DNA of 64,000 bases from Chitinophagales bacterium (GTDB lineage: Bacteria; Bacteroidota; Bacteroidia; Chitinophagales; JADIYW01), in NCBI GenBank assembly GCA_046329775.1, contig JAXLTX010000002.1, positions 449,567 through 513,566 on the forward strand. The letters are read 5' to 3'. A program made the translations under genes and the position numbers. The notes under the pieces are model-generated. The model did no database searches. It saw only the letters and a program-made list of their open reading frames with translations, and had not been told where the DNA came from. Shown piece after piece: positions 9,718 to 19,277 of the stretch (positions are counted from its first letter, which is position 1; every line of letters starts with the position of its first letter).

Positions 9718-9850
9718 ACAACGAAGATAAAAAATAAAAAACAAATGAATCTTTAACAGAATAAGAATTAATTAACTGTGGGATTTATTACACCAAATCT
9801 TCACCCATTCATTTACATCTTTTCCCTAACTTGCATACAAATTCATCGTC

Positions 9851-11500
9851 ATGAAGAAACTGCTTATTCTGATCTCGTTTATAGCCTACTCTAGTCTTTC
9901 ATTTGCGCAAACCACAAAACCTGTTGCACAAAACGCACGTCCAAAACTAGTGGTCGGCCTCGTGATTGACCAGATGCGCTGGGATTTTTTATACAGGTAT
10001 TACGACAGATATTCTTCAGGTGGTTTTAAGCGGTTGATGAATGATGGCTTTAATTGTGAAAATACGTTTATTCCCTACTGCCCTACGGTGACTGCTGCCG
10101 GACACACTTGTATCTACACCGGCAGTGTGCCAGCCATTCATGGAATTGTTGGAAACGGCTGGTATGATTATCATGAGAAGAGAGAAATGTATTGCAGTGA
10201 AGACAACAGTGTTAGCACTGTTGGAAGCAGCAATGACAACGGAAAAATGAGTCCGAAGAATATGCTGACCACCACTATTTGCGATGAGTTGAAACTAGCT
10301 ACTAATTTCAAGAGCAAAGTGATTGGCATTTCCATAAAAGACAGAGGAGCCATTTTGCCGGCAGGTCACAGTGCAGACGCTGCTTATTGGTATGATAACA
10401 AAACAGGCAAATTTATATCTTCTACTTATTATATGAATGAATTGCCAAAATGGGTACAAGATTTTAATGAATCAGGTGCCGTGACAAATTATTACGGAAA
10501 AAACTGGAACACTATGTATCCTATAGCAACGTATACACAAAGCGATACGGATATAAATAACTACGAAAGTGCCCCATTGGGCGAAGACCAGAAAGGATTT
10601 CCGTATGATTTAAAACGATTTGCCGAGAAGAAAAATTACGGCATGATTCGTTCTACACCGTATGGAAATTCTCTGACAATTGATTTTGCAAAAAACGCTT
10701 TAATCAACGAACAATTGGGTAAAGATTCTATTACCGATTTTTTAGCGGTATCCTGCTCTTCTACCGATTATATTGGCCATGCGTTTGGTCCGAATTCCGT
10801 TGAAGTGGAAGATACCTATTTGCGCTTAGACAAAGATATAGAAGCCTTCTTAACATTCTTAGATAAGCAAGTTGGAAAAAATAACTATACACTTTTTTTA
10901 AGTGCCGACCATGGCGTGGCGCATGTTCCTGGTTTTTTGGAAAAACATAAATTACCGAATGGCGGTGTAACCGGTTCTAAAGTGGATGTTGCCTTGAATC
11001 AGGAATTGAAAACACAATTTGGTGTGGATAGCTTATGCTTAGGCAGCTGGAATTATCAGTTTTATTTGAATCACAAACTGATTGACGAAAAGAAATTAGA
11101 CTATGAAGATGTGCTGGAAGCAAGTATTTCTTTCCTGAAAAAAGTAGCCGGTGTAGACAAGGTTTTTGAATATGCAGATTTGCAGGAAGCCATGTTGCCC
11201 AAAGACCTGAAAGAACAATTTATCAACGGATATTATCCAAGTCGCTGCGGAGACGTGCTGGTTGTTTTAAAACCCGGATATATAGACGATGAATACAGCG
11301 GCAAAGGCACCACGCACGGTATCTGGAGTCCGTACGATGCCCATATACCATTATTGTTTTATGGCAATGGTATTGCCAAAGGAAAAACATTTGAGAAAGT
11401 TTACATGACCGACATCGCTCCTACTTTGTCCGGTTTACTGCACATGCAAATGCCAAGTGGTTGTATTGGTAATGCAATTAAGGAGGTGATTAAGAAATAA
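9851..11500 (+). CDS. alkaline phosphatase-superfamily phosphatase (PafA-like / nucleotide pyrophosphatase-phosphodiesterase family)
   Basis: Signal peptide, then VIDQMRWDFL, PTVTAAGHTCIYTG (Thr nucleophile context) and SADHGVAH. The 549-aa length and layout match Bacteroidota PafA-type enzymes. Confidence 0.8.
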   Translation: MKKLLILISFIAYSSLSFAQTTKPVAQNARPKLVVGLVIDQMRWDFLYRYYDRYSSGGFKRLMNDGFNCENTFIPYCPTVTAAGHTCIYTGSVPAIHGIVGNGWYDYHEKREMYCSEDNSVSTVGSSNDNGKMSPKNMLTTTICDELKLATNFKSKVIGISIKDRGAILPAGHSADAAYWYDNKTGKFISSTYYMNELPKWVQDFNESGAVTNYYGKNWNTMYPIATYTQSDTDINNYESAPLGEDQKGFPYDLKRFAEKKNYGMIRSTPYGNSLTIDFAKNALINEQLGKDSITDFLAVSCSSTDYIGHAFGPNSVEVEDTYLRLDKDIEAFLTFLDKQVGKNNYTLFLSADHGVAHVPGFLEKHKLPNGGVTGSKVDVALNQELKTQFGVDSLCLGSWNYQFYLNHKLIDEKKLDYEDVLEASISFLKKVAGVDKVFEYADLQEAMLPKDLKEQFINGYYPSRCGDVLVVLKPGYIDDEYSGKGTTHGIWSPYDAHIPLLFYGNGIAKGKTFEKVYMTDIAPTLSGLLHMQMPSGCIGNAIKEVIKK

Positions 11501-11511
11501 ATTTGATTATT

Positions 11512-11943
11512 CTATACTTTATAACTCAACACTATCATCGTCAATCTTGAAATATTCAAAAGGTTTTCTTTTTCGTCATAAATCTTAATCTCCCAGATTT
11601 GTGTTTTTCCTCCGATATGAATGGGTTTAGCAACACCTGTTACAAAACCGTCCCGCACAGATTTGATGTGATTGGAATTAATGTCCAGCCCCAGTGCATA
11701 TTCTTTGCTAATGTCTAAACATAAATTCGCTGCCATACTGCCCAGTGATTCTGCGAGCACCACATGCGCGCCGCCATGCAGTAAACCCAAAGGTTGCCGT
11801 GTTCGGTTATCCACCGGCATTTTCGCTTTCACAAAATCATCGCCCAACTCTGTCATTTCAATACCCAGATGCTCTACCAATGTTCCTTTGCTTTGCTGAT
11901 TCAAAGCTTCCACCGTAATATTATTAACTTTCCAGATTTGCAT
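11512..11943 (-). CDS. hotdog-fold thioesterase (PaaI / 1,4-dihydroxy-2-naphthoyl-CoA hydrolase family)
   Basis: 143 aa with the LHGGAHVVLAESLGS core and the C-terminal segment GKTQIWEIKIYDE typical of the PaaI family. Confidence 0.8.
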   Translation of the reverse strand: MQIWKVNNITVEALNQQSKGTLVEHLGIEMTELGDDFVKAKMPVDNRTRQPLGLLHGGAHVVLAESLGSMAANLCLDISKEYALGLDINSNHIKSVRDGFVTGVAKPIHIGGKTQIWEIKIYDEKENLLNISRLTMIVLSYKV

Positions 11944-12058
11944 GCATTAAATTTTGAATACAATATACTCGATTTCTATATTTTCTTACATTACATTAAA
12001 ATTAACAAGCCAATATTAAAGTAATTATCTAACTTTATTAAGAAACGTAAACAATTTC

Positions 12059-14131
12059 ATGAATAAAGTCTCTGCAAATTTATTATTGTTGCTGTTGCTT
12101 TTTTGCTGTATTTATCTAAATGCACAAAATAATTATGATGCTTCAATTCCAAGCGGCGGGGAATATATTTATGAAAAAAATGATGCGGCACATCCCTGTA
12201 TTTCAGCACAGGAATATCAGTTACTGGATGCAGAGATAGCTGAAAATAATTTGTTATTACATCTGAACGACGGACAACAAAACCGTATTATGACGACATT
12301 ATTCAGCTGGCCACTGAAAGCAGCTGCTGGTTTTACGGATTGCGGATTTCATTTCATTGGTGCCTTTTTAGATCAGAACACGGCTGCAACTTCGATTAAG
12401 GATTTTAATTGTGGAAGCAATACCTATGATGGTCATAAAGGAACTGATATCGCTGTATTTCCTTACGGATTTTATAAAATGGATAACAATCAGGTGGAAG
12501 TAGTGGCAGCCGCTGCAGGTACTATTATCGCCAAATCAGATGGAAATTTTGACAGGAATTGTTCTTCCAATAATTTAACAGCCAACTATATAATTATCCA
12601 ACACGCTGATGGATCAGAGGCATTGTACTGGCACATGAAAAAGAATTCAGTAACTGCTAAGTCGGTAGGGCAAACCGTAGTTACAGGAGAATATCTGGGC
12701 GTTGTTGGAAGTTCGGGAAGTTCATCAGGCCCTCATCTACATTTTGAAGTCTGGTCCGGAAGTACCAATGCTACCCGTCAGGATCCTTATTCAGGAACTT
12801 GTAATACATTAAATGCGAACAGCTGGTGGGTTGCACAAAAACCGGCTGTAGATCCGGCTGTATTGAAAGTATCCACTAATACGACAGATTTAGTAATGTC
12901 TGCATGCCCTGCCACTGAAATACCGAATGAAAGTACTTCTTTTTCCATTCCATTTCAGGGAGCAGGATTACCGGCAGGATATGCAAAGTTTTATATTTTC
13001 CTGAGAGATGCAACGGTTGGTTCTACTGTTGATTTAAAAATATTAAATCCAAACGGAACTACCTTTAACAACTGGACATACACACCCACCACTTTTTACA
13101 AAGCAAGTTACTGGGGATGGTCAAAATTATTACCAACGACAGCCGGTACTTATAAATTTCAGGCTACCTATAATGGTATGACCTGTACCCAAAATTTTGA
13201 CATAGTAACAGCAGCTACAGCTACTATAACTCCAGGCGGTTCAACTACATTTTGTCAGGGAGATTCCGTTATATTAACAGCCAACTCAGGCAGTTCCTAT
13301 TTATGGAATACTGGTGCCACCACACGAAGTATCACTGTAAAAAATTCAGGCAGCTTCACCGTAAAAGTTACATTTTTAAATGGTTCATCGGCAACATCTA
13401 CAGCCACTGTTGTAACTGTAAATACGCTTCCAACTGCAACTATTTCTGCCAGTGGAAGCACTACTTTTTGTCAGGGTGATTCAGTTATTCTAACTGCAAG
13501 CGCAGGAAGTTCTTATTTATGGAACAATGGCGCCATTACACGAAGTATCACGGTTAAAAATTCCGGCAGTTTTTCCGTGAAAGTAACTAATGCAAATAAT
13601 TGTTCGGCAACTTCTGCAGCGTCTTCAACTAGCATGAGAACTCCGCAAAACGGTTTGTCTATTACTCTCAGAAATGATACCTTATTTGCACCTTATTCTT
13701 CACCCGTAAAATGGTACCTTAGCGGCAATGCAAATTCTATTGGCAGTGGTTTGTTCCATCTATGTTCTTCAACAGGAAATTATTATGTTACCGGGCATGA
13801 TGTAAATGGTTGTACCGCTACAAGCAATACTTTCTTAGCAAATTGTAATATCACAGGTATTACAATTAAATCGAATGCTAACCAATTCGATATTTATCCA
13901 AATCCTACTCATAATGTAATTAATATAAGAGCTTCGGGAGTTGAAAAAGGAACTTATACATTCAGGTTGAGCAATATAATCGGACAAGTACTATCTGAAG
14001 AAACTATTAATATAACATCCGGACAAATTGAAAGAGTAATTTCAATGAAAAATCTCGCAAATGATATTTACTTTTTATCTGTAGAATCAGGAAACTCTGT
14101 GATAGTCAAAAAGGTTTTTAAACAAGAATAA
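12059..14131 (+). CDS. secreted M23-family metallopeptidase with tandem Ig-like domains and a T9SS C-terminal sorting domain
   Basis: M23 metal ligands HKGTDIA and GPHLHFEV. Two tandem ~72-aa repeats (GSTTFCQGDSVILTA..SSYLWN.GA.TRSITVKNSGSF.VKV). The C-terminus IYPNPTHNVINIRA...DIYFLSVESGNSVIVKKVFKQE is a T9SS type-A CTD. Confidence 0.85.
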   Translation: MNKVSANLLLLLLLFCCIYLNAQNNYDASIPSGGEYIYEKNDAAHPCISAQEYQLLDAEIAENNLLLHLNDGQQNRIMTTLFSWPLKAAAGFTDCGFHFIGAFLDQNTAATSIKDFNCGSNTYDGHKGTDIAVFPYGFYKMDNNQVEVVAAAAGTIIAKSDGNFDRNCSSNNLTANYIIIQHADGSEALYWHMKKNSVTAKSVGQTVVTGEYLGVVGSSGSSSGPHLHFEVWSGSTNATRQDPYSGTCNTLNANSWWVAQKPAVDPAVLKVSTNTTDLVMSACPATEIPNESTSFSIPFQGAGLPAGYAKFYIFLRDATVGSTVDLKILNPNGTTFNNWTYTPTTFYKASYWGWSKLLPTTAGTYKFQATYNGMTCTQNFDIVTAATATITPGGSTTFCQGDSVILTANSGSSYLWNTGATTRSITVKNSGSFTVKVTFLNGSSATSTATVVTVNTLPTATISASGSTTFCQGDSVILTASAGSSYLWNNGAITRSITVKNSGSFSVKVTNANNCSATSAASSTSMRTPQNGLSITLRNDTLFAPYSSPVKWYLSGNANSIGSGLFHLCSSTGNYYVTGHDVNGCTATSNTFLANCNITGITIKSNANQFDIYPNPTHNVINIRASGVEKGTYTFRLSNIIGQVLSEETINITSGQIERVISMKNLANDIYFLSVESGNSVIVKKVFKQE
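13225..13656 (+). repeat. tandem duplication (2 x ~216 nt) encoding Ig-like repeat modules inside the M23 peptidase gene
   Basis: Units starting near 13225 and 13441 align at both nucleotide and protein level (e.g. tttgtcagggagattccgttatattaacagcc versus tttgtcagggtgattcagttattctaactgca). The boundaries are approximate. Confidence 0.7.
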
Positions 14132-14133
14132 TG

Positions 14134-14892
14134 TTATTTATTCTTCTCAAAAGCTCTTAAAAATTCTGTTCTGTCGGTGATTTGCACTTTGTAATCCGTT
14201 TCAATTTTCAATCCTTCTTCCAAAGTGGTATGAATACCTTCGTTATACAGATGTTTCAATGCGGCAATGGTTTGTGCGGAATTTTGCAAGATATCATTCG
14301 CTAATTCCAGTACGGTTTTATCCAAGTCTTCTAAAGGTACCGCACGATTCACCAAACCGATTCGTTCCGCTTCTTTACCTGAAATGGGTTTAGAGGTAAA
14401 CGATAATTCTTTGGCTTTATTAATACCCACCAACCTAGGTAAACGCTGCGTCATTCCCCAGGTGGGCATAATACCCCATTTAGCGTGCGTATCTCCTATT
14501 TTAGCGTCTTCTGCTGCAACTATTAAATCAAAAAACATCATTAGCTCTGTGGCACCGGTATAGCAATGTCCGTGTACCTGAACAATGGCCGGCTGTGGCA
14601 TTGTTCTTAATAGTTTAGCTATCTCATTTCCTTCCTGAATGATTTCGTACGAAGTGAATTGTCCGCCCACCAGCGATTCATTCATCGCTTTCAAATCCAC
14701 CCCGGCAGAAAATGCACGCCCCGCTCCTTTCAGAATCAGCACTTTGCAATTGTTGTCAGTGGAAATATTCTTTAAGGCGTTTTTTAATTCGCGTATCATC
14801 AGCGGCGTCAATGCATTTAAAGAAGCCGGACGGTTTAAGGTGATACTGGTGATTGGACCTTGCTGTTCTATAATTATGTCTTGATATTCCAT
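14134..14892 (-). CDS. enoyl-CoA hydratase/isomerase (crotonase) family protein
   Basis: LNRPASLNAL...LKGAGRAFSAGVDLK (oxyanion-hole segment)...GHCYTGATELMMFFD. The 252-aa length is typical. Confidence 0.85.
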   Translation of the reverse strand: MEYQDIIIEQQGPITSITLNRPASLNALTPLMIRELKNALKNISTDNNCKVLILKGAGRAFSAGVDLKAMNESLVGGQFTSYEIIQEGNEIAKLLRTMPQPAIVQVHGHCYTGATELMMFFDLIVAAEDAKIGDTHAKWGIMPTWGMTQRLPRLVGINKAKELSFTSKPISGKEAERIGLVNRAVPLEDLDKTVLELANDILQNSAQTIAALKHLYNEGIHTTLEEGLKIETDYKVQITDRTEFLRAFEKNK

Positions 14893-14960
14893 GGTATTTA
14901 TTATCTAAACTATGAATTTTATAATCATTAGCTAATTGTTAATCGTTTAATTAATACACA

Positions 14961-15344
14961 CTATCCTTCTGCATAAAAATCCTGTAAGGCTCCGAAATAT
15001 TCACCGTTCCAACCTTCCACGATATCGTCGTAATCTTCATCCGGAATATTGGAATGCCTCAATTCTACAGAAGTTCCCTGCTTATGTTCATGCAAAATAA
15101 TGGTAACAATGGATGGGGCTTTCTGCTCACCAAAGTACCATTCCTGTACGAGTTTCTTGTTTTCAATAAATTCAAGATTTTTACCACAGATATTGCCTTC
15201 CCACAAGGAGAACTCACTGCCCGGATCCGTTGACATCTCGGCATCATCTCCACTCCACAATTTTATGATGACAGGATTGGTTAATGCCAGATAAAGCATA
15301 TCCGGAGAGGTATTTATTATATAATATTTTTTATAATCTTTCAT
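14961..15344 (-). CDS. SRPBCC-superfamily protein (Aha1/START-like)
   Basis: 127 aa. The pattern LYLALTNPVIIKLWSG...EFSLWEGNICGKNLEF...QEW resembles AHSA1-type SRPBCC domains. Confidence 0.65.
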   Translation of the reverse strand: MKDYKKYYIINTSPDMLYLALTNPVIIKLWSGDDAEMSTDPGSEFSLWEGNICGKNLEFIENKKLVQEWYFGEQKAPSIVTIILHEHKQGTSVELRHSNIPDEDYDDIVEGWNGEYFGALQDFYAEG

Positions 15345-15483
15345 TGCTTGATTGTTTCAGTTTCAAAATGCAGTGAAAATCGTCATTAATCTCGCAGATA
15401 AGCTGCAGATGGCAGATTCATTCCATTTCTCCGTAAATCTAAAGAATAATTGATGCGGAAACAAATCCATCAGCACATTTCCG

Positions 15484-16056
15484 TCATCGGCTGATTTCCA
15501 GTTTGTAGACGGCCCAGTCGAGCAAATGCAGGGTATCGAACTTTTTTACGATGGGTTTCGTGAGGTCAAATTTATTGCCCGTTACACGATACATCCCCAA
15601 CACATCATCATCGTCAAAATATTGGACAAAATTGCTGTTGCCATTCTTCAGATAATTGGCATAAATATCATTGAGGTATAAGCGGCAAACCGGCTCTATG
15701 CCTTTGGTCTGCTTTTGCGTATCCTGTTCCAGCAAGATAAATGTCAATGTATCTGTTGGTTGGATAAATCCGGTGGTAATCTTAAACAACTTGCTTCTTT
15801 TGGTGGTATCCAGACGAAAGAACTGCGCACAAATATTCTGAGGCAGACAGGAACCGTTCTGTTTATAAATGAACAGAAAAACTTCATCGTTATTGGTAGC
15901 CCCGGGAAGTCCGTCTTCACTCAGGTCAATGGCTTTTACTTTTACATTGAATGAAATGGAATCCGCTTGCTTGCTGACAACAGAAATTGAATCTGTCTGC
16001 GCTTTTAGTGTCATGCAGCATACGCAAACAAAAAGGAATAAGAGCTGTTTCTTCAT
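15484..16056 (-). CDS. secreted hypothetical protein
   Basis: Clear signal peptide MKKQLLFLFVCVCCMTLKAQ and a coherent 190-aa ORF. I recognise no motif. Confidence 0.5.
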   Translation of the reverse strand: MKKQLLFLFVCVCCMTLKAQTDSISVVSKQADSISFNVKVKAIDLSEDGLPGATNNDEVFLFIYKQNGSCLPQNICAQFFRLDTTKRSKLFKITTGFIQPTDTLTFILLEQDTQKQTKGIEPVCRLYLNDIYANYLKNGNSNFVQYFDDDDVLGMYRVTGNKFDLTKPIVKKFDTLHLLDWAVYKLEISR

Positions 16057-16169
16057 AGGTTTGATTTTGGAATAATAAACGTGCTTGTTGCATTAATAAT
16101 CTCAATTACGTTTTTTGCCTTCCGAAAAATATACTTTTTTAACTATTTTACACTTTAAATACAGAAATT

Positions 16170-16817
16170 ATGTCGCAGGCACATTTCATAGAGACCCCAA
16201 AAACAGCACGAATATTTACACACGGCACATTAACGGGAAAGACAAAACTAGTTTGGATCGTGGCGCACGGCTATGGTTTTCTGGCAGAATATTTTATCCG
16301 AAAATTTGAAGAGCTGAATCCGGAAGAACATTTTGTGATTGTTCCGGAGGCGCTGAACCGTTTCTATCTGAAAGATATGAGCGGCAGAGTGGGTGCTTCC
16401 TGGATGACTACCGAAGACAGAGACCATGAGATCAAAGACTACACTTCATACTTGGATAATGTTTATGAAACATTAATTTCACAATCAGGGGCAAAAATCG
16501 TTGGTTTAGGCTTTTCTCAGGGGGCAGCCACCATGGCCAGATGGGCCATGCAAACAGATAAACGTCTGAATTTCATCGTATTTTGGGGTGGAAGCATACC
16601 AAACGACTGTTTGGATAATATTTCAAAATTAAATTCATTACACCCTTATTTACTGGTAGGTGATTCCGATGAGTTTATCAGTCAAGAAAAAAAGGAAGAA
16701 GTAATGAAAACTTTAGATAACGTTGGCATAACATTTTCACATATTTTTTACAAAGGCGGACACGCTATTTTAACTGAACCTTTAATGCAACTCTGTTCCG
16801 AGTTAACAGAGCCGTAA
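16170..16817 (+). CDS. alpha/beta hydrolase (phospholipase/carboxylesterase-type esterase)
   Basis: Nucleophile elbow GFSQGA. The downstream D and H (GDSDEF, KGGHAI) have the spacing of a Ser-Asp-His triad. Confidence 0.65.
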   Translation: MSQAHFIETPKTARIFTHGTLTGKTKLVWIVAHGYGFLAEYFIRKFEELNPEEHFVIVPEALNRFYLKDMSGRVGASWMTTEDRDHEIKDYTSYLDNVYETLISQSGAKIVGLGFSQGAATMARWAMQTDKRLNFIVFWGGSIPNDCLDNISKLNSLHPYLLVGDSDEFISQEKKEEVMKTLDNVGITFSHIFYKGGHAILTEPLMQLCSELTEP

Positions 16818-16882
16818 AAAGCTGGCAGTATCTTTGCAACGAACTTTTAGGCAAAATAAGTTCGGTTTAAACAAGATTTGCC

Positions 16883-17722
16883 ATGAAAAGAATATTTGCA
16901 CTCATACTAACTGTCAGCGTCATCCATATATGCAACGCATTTTCTCAGGTTGAATTTGGCAATGCCTCATTTTATGGAACTGAATTCAATGGTAAACCAA
17001 CCGCCAGCGGTGAGCTTTACTCACAGAACAAACTGACGGCTGCTCACAAAACATTACCGCTTGGCACCATTGTAAAGGTCACCAATGCGCAAAACAATAA
17101 ATCTGTGTTTGTAAAGATTAATGACAGGGGCCCTTTTGTAAAAGGGCGAATCATTGACTTATCGACAAAAGCGGCAGATTTGTTGGGCTATAGAAACAAA
17201 GGTACCGCATATGTAAAGATTGAAATCGTGAAACCGGACAGCATTCCGGCGGATTTGCTGTCAGCCTCTGTCGATATTGCCAGACAAAATGGGATTGAAC
17301 AACAGGACAGTTCTGATGAAATCAATGCGGCGGTGGGCAAAGAACTTACGGCTGTATCTGACAAAAACAAGGTAACCAATGACAAACCTGCCTCCCAACC
17401 CATGACGGAAGCAAAAGATGTCAACTCATACGGCATTACCAACCGTTCTTCTTATTTTATCATCACCAAACTGGATAAATCCAAAACCGGATTTTATGGT
17501 CTTCAGTTAGGGGTCTTTTCTGATATGAATGTAATTTTTGCCATCATCGCGGAACTGGAAGCCAAGTACAATCAGACCTTACTGGTTGAGCAGGTTGACC
17601 TCAATGGCAAGACGGTTTATAAATTATTTATAGGGAAATTCCAGAACCGCGCTTATGCGGATGCCTTAAAACTGACATTATCGGATAAATATAAAGATTC
17701 GTTTGTTGTAAAATACGAATAG
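16883..17722 (+). CDS. rlpA: septal ring lytic transglycosylase RlpA-family protein (DPBB domain plus SPOR domain)
   Basis: DPBB region NASFYGTEFNGKPTASGELYSQNKLTAAHKTLPLGTIVKVTN...VKINDRGPFVKGRIIDLS. The C-terminal SPOR-like region is YGLQLGVFSD...YKLFIGKFQNRAYADAL. Confidence 0.85.
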   Translation: MKRIFALILTVSVIHICNAFSQVEFGNASFYGTEFNGKPTASGELYSQNKLTAAHKTLPLGTIVKVTNAQNNKSVFVKINDRGPFVKGRIIDLSTKAADLLGYRNKGTAYVKIEIVKPDSIPADLLSASVDIARQNGIEQQDSSDEINAAVGKELTAVSDKNKVTNDKPASQPMTEAKDVNSYGITNRSSYFIITKLDKSKTGFYGLQLGVFSDMNVIFAIIAELEAKYNQTLLVEQVDLNGKTVYKLFIGKFQNRAYADALKLTLSDKYKDSFVVKYE

Positions 17723-17775
17723 CACTAAAACTACCATTGTAAAAACTCAGCATCAGGCACCAACCAATTTTCATA

Positions 17776-17813
17776 CGGATACATTGCAACGCTCAACTGT
17801 TGGAATGTATCCG
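17776..17813. terminator. hairpin between convergent rlpA and esterase genes
   Basis: cggatacatt (17776..17785) pairs perfectly with aatgtatccg (17804..17813) around an 18-nt loop. It is followed by cattttag on the plus strand. Confidence 0.5.
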
Positions 17814-17817
17814 CATT

Positions 17818-19221
17818 TTAGTCTTTCACGAATGAAGTAGCATAATTATCCTCTCCTCCGCTGAGGAATAACTGATACCATCCTTTTGGCAGCATGCTTA
17901 TGTCTATCTTATTACCGGATAATTCAGTCAACTCAGGAAGCATCTCTCCAAGAACATTGTAAATCGTGACTTTCCAATCAGAAAAGATCTGCTGAGGGAT
18001 ATCCAGTGTAAGCTCATTTATACAAGGATTCGGAAAAACGCTCATTTGCCTGGCAACATTCATTCTTATACCTGTCAGAGTAAAATTCAATGGTCTTGTG
18101 GTGTTCCAGCTATGATATCCGCTACTGCAGAGTGATGCCACATTCCATTTCAATTGTCGTAAAGGATTTATTTTTATGCCAATTGTTGTATTGGAAGTTT
18201 CGTAAAAGGTGACGCTGCTACTATCGTCTGCCAGACCAATCTTATAGTTCAACACACCAGGTACTACATCCCAGCTGAGCAAGAATGAATCGGCCGCCAC
18301 TGACGTTGCACGTAAATTCTGCGGTGCATCACATCGAACTGCTTGTGGAATTTCCTTGGTTTTGAAAAAATTCCATGCCTCCTTGTTCATGGAAATATCC
18401 AATGTGGTTTTTCCCAACACATCAAAGAAGATATTGCTGGCACCCGGCCACACATGTCCGCCATTAATGACCTTGTAATACACCTGCTGAACGTTCTGTG
18501 CGCAGTTTTGGTAGGTGTACCGAACCACTCTTGTGCCGTCTTCACGCAAATCCGGCAACGTATCAATAACAGGATTTATATCGCAGCCATTCTTGATTTG
18601 CCAGAAGTGTTTAATGGAATCAATACCCGGAAAATTTCCGGCAATGCCAAAATAGGAAGTAATTGGATCGGATAAACCATTGAATGCGGCAATACTGATT
18701 GGTCTTGCCGGCACACAGGAATTCAGATTATCGTTTACCATGCTTGCCACATTGGGAGCTATGGCTGCTACTCGATTCGTCGCATCACAAGCTAATTTAT
18801 AGCTCATAAAGCCTCCTGCGGAATAACCCATGGAGTAGACTTTGGATAAATCCGCGTTGTATAACACCGCAGCACGGTCCATCCAGTCGCCCAAAAAGCC
18901 CACGTCATCTACATTGGAAGAGACGAAAAAGAAAGTACCCGAATTCCATCGAAGATCCACCCCCTCCGGATAAAGTACGATACACCTTACCGAATCTGCC
19001 GTTTTATGGAACTGCGTGTAATCAAACTGGAACTGTGCATTGGTCAGGAAACCGTGCATGTTGATGACAAGCGGCAGTTGCTCTGATGTTGAAAAATTCT
19101 TTGGCAGATACACCATGGCACTCCGCGTCTTATCCTGCCAGCGAGTCTTGAAGTTCATTTGCGCCTGTATGGCGGATATCAAACCGGATACAAACAACAA
19201 TAAGAGTAGCAATTTCTTCAT
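17818..19221 (-). CDS. PHB-depolymerase-family esterase (LpqC-like) with an FN3-like domain and a T9SS C-terminal sorting domain
   Basis: ORF 17818..19248; the signal peptide starts at the ATG at 19221 (MKKLLLLLLFVSG). Esterase core VYSMGYSAGGFMSYKLAC, an FN3-like segment PQNLRATSVAADSFLLSWD, and the CTD SVFPNPCINELTLDI...GWYQLFLSGG. Confidence 0.8.
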   Translation of the reverse strand: MKKLLLLLLFVSGLISAIQAQMNFKTRWQDKTRSAMVYLPKNFSTSEQLPLVINMHGFLTNAQFQFDYTQFHKTADSVRCIVLYPEGVDLRWNSGTFFFVSSNVDDVGFLGDWMDRAAVLYNADLSKVYSMGYSAGGFMSYKLACDATNRVAAIAPNVASMVNDNLNSCVPARPISIAAFNGLSDPITSYFGIAGNFPGIDSIKHFWQIKNGCDINPVIDTLPDLREDGTRVVRYTYQNCAQNVQQVYYKVINGGHVWPGASNIFFDVLGKTTLDISMNKEAWNFFKTKEIPQAVRCDAPQNLRATSVAADSFLLSWDVVPGVLNYKIGLADDSSSVTFYETSNTTIGIKINPLRQLKWNVASLCSSGYHSWNTTRPLNFTLTGIRMNVARQMSVFPNPCINELTLDIPQQIFSDWKVTIYNVLGEMLPELTELSGNKIDISMLPKGWYQLFLSGGEDNYATSFVKD

Positions 19222-19277
19222 CGAAAAAAGTTTAGTGAAATTAAACAAATAATCGATGATATAACAGAAAGGTATAT

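Noticed and set aside
13225-13656. The tandem repeat in the M23 peptidase gene, considered as a diversity-generating retroelement template/variable repeat pair.
   Set aside because: Differences between the copies involve all four bases rather than adenine-specific changes. Both copies are in frame within one gene, and no reverse transcriptase is present in the window.
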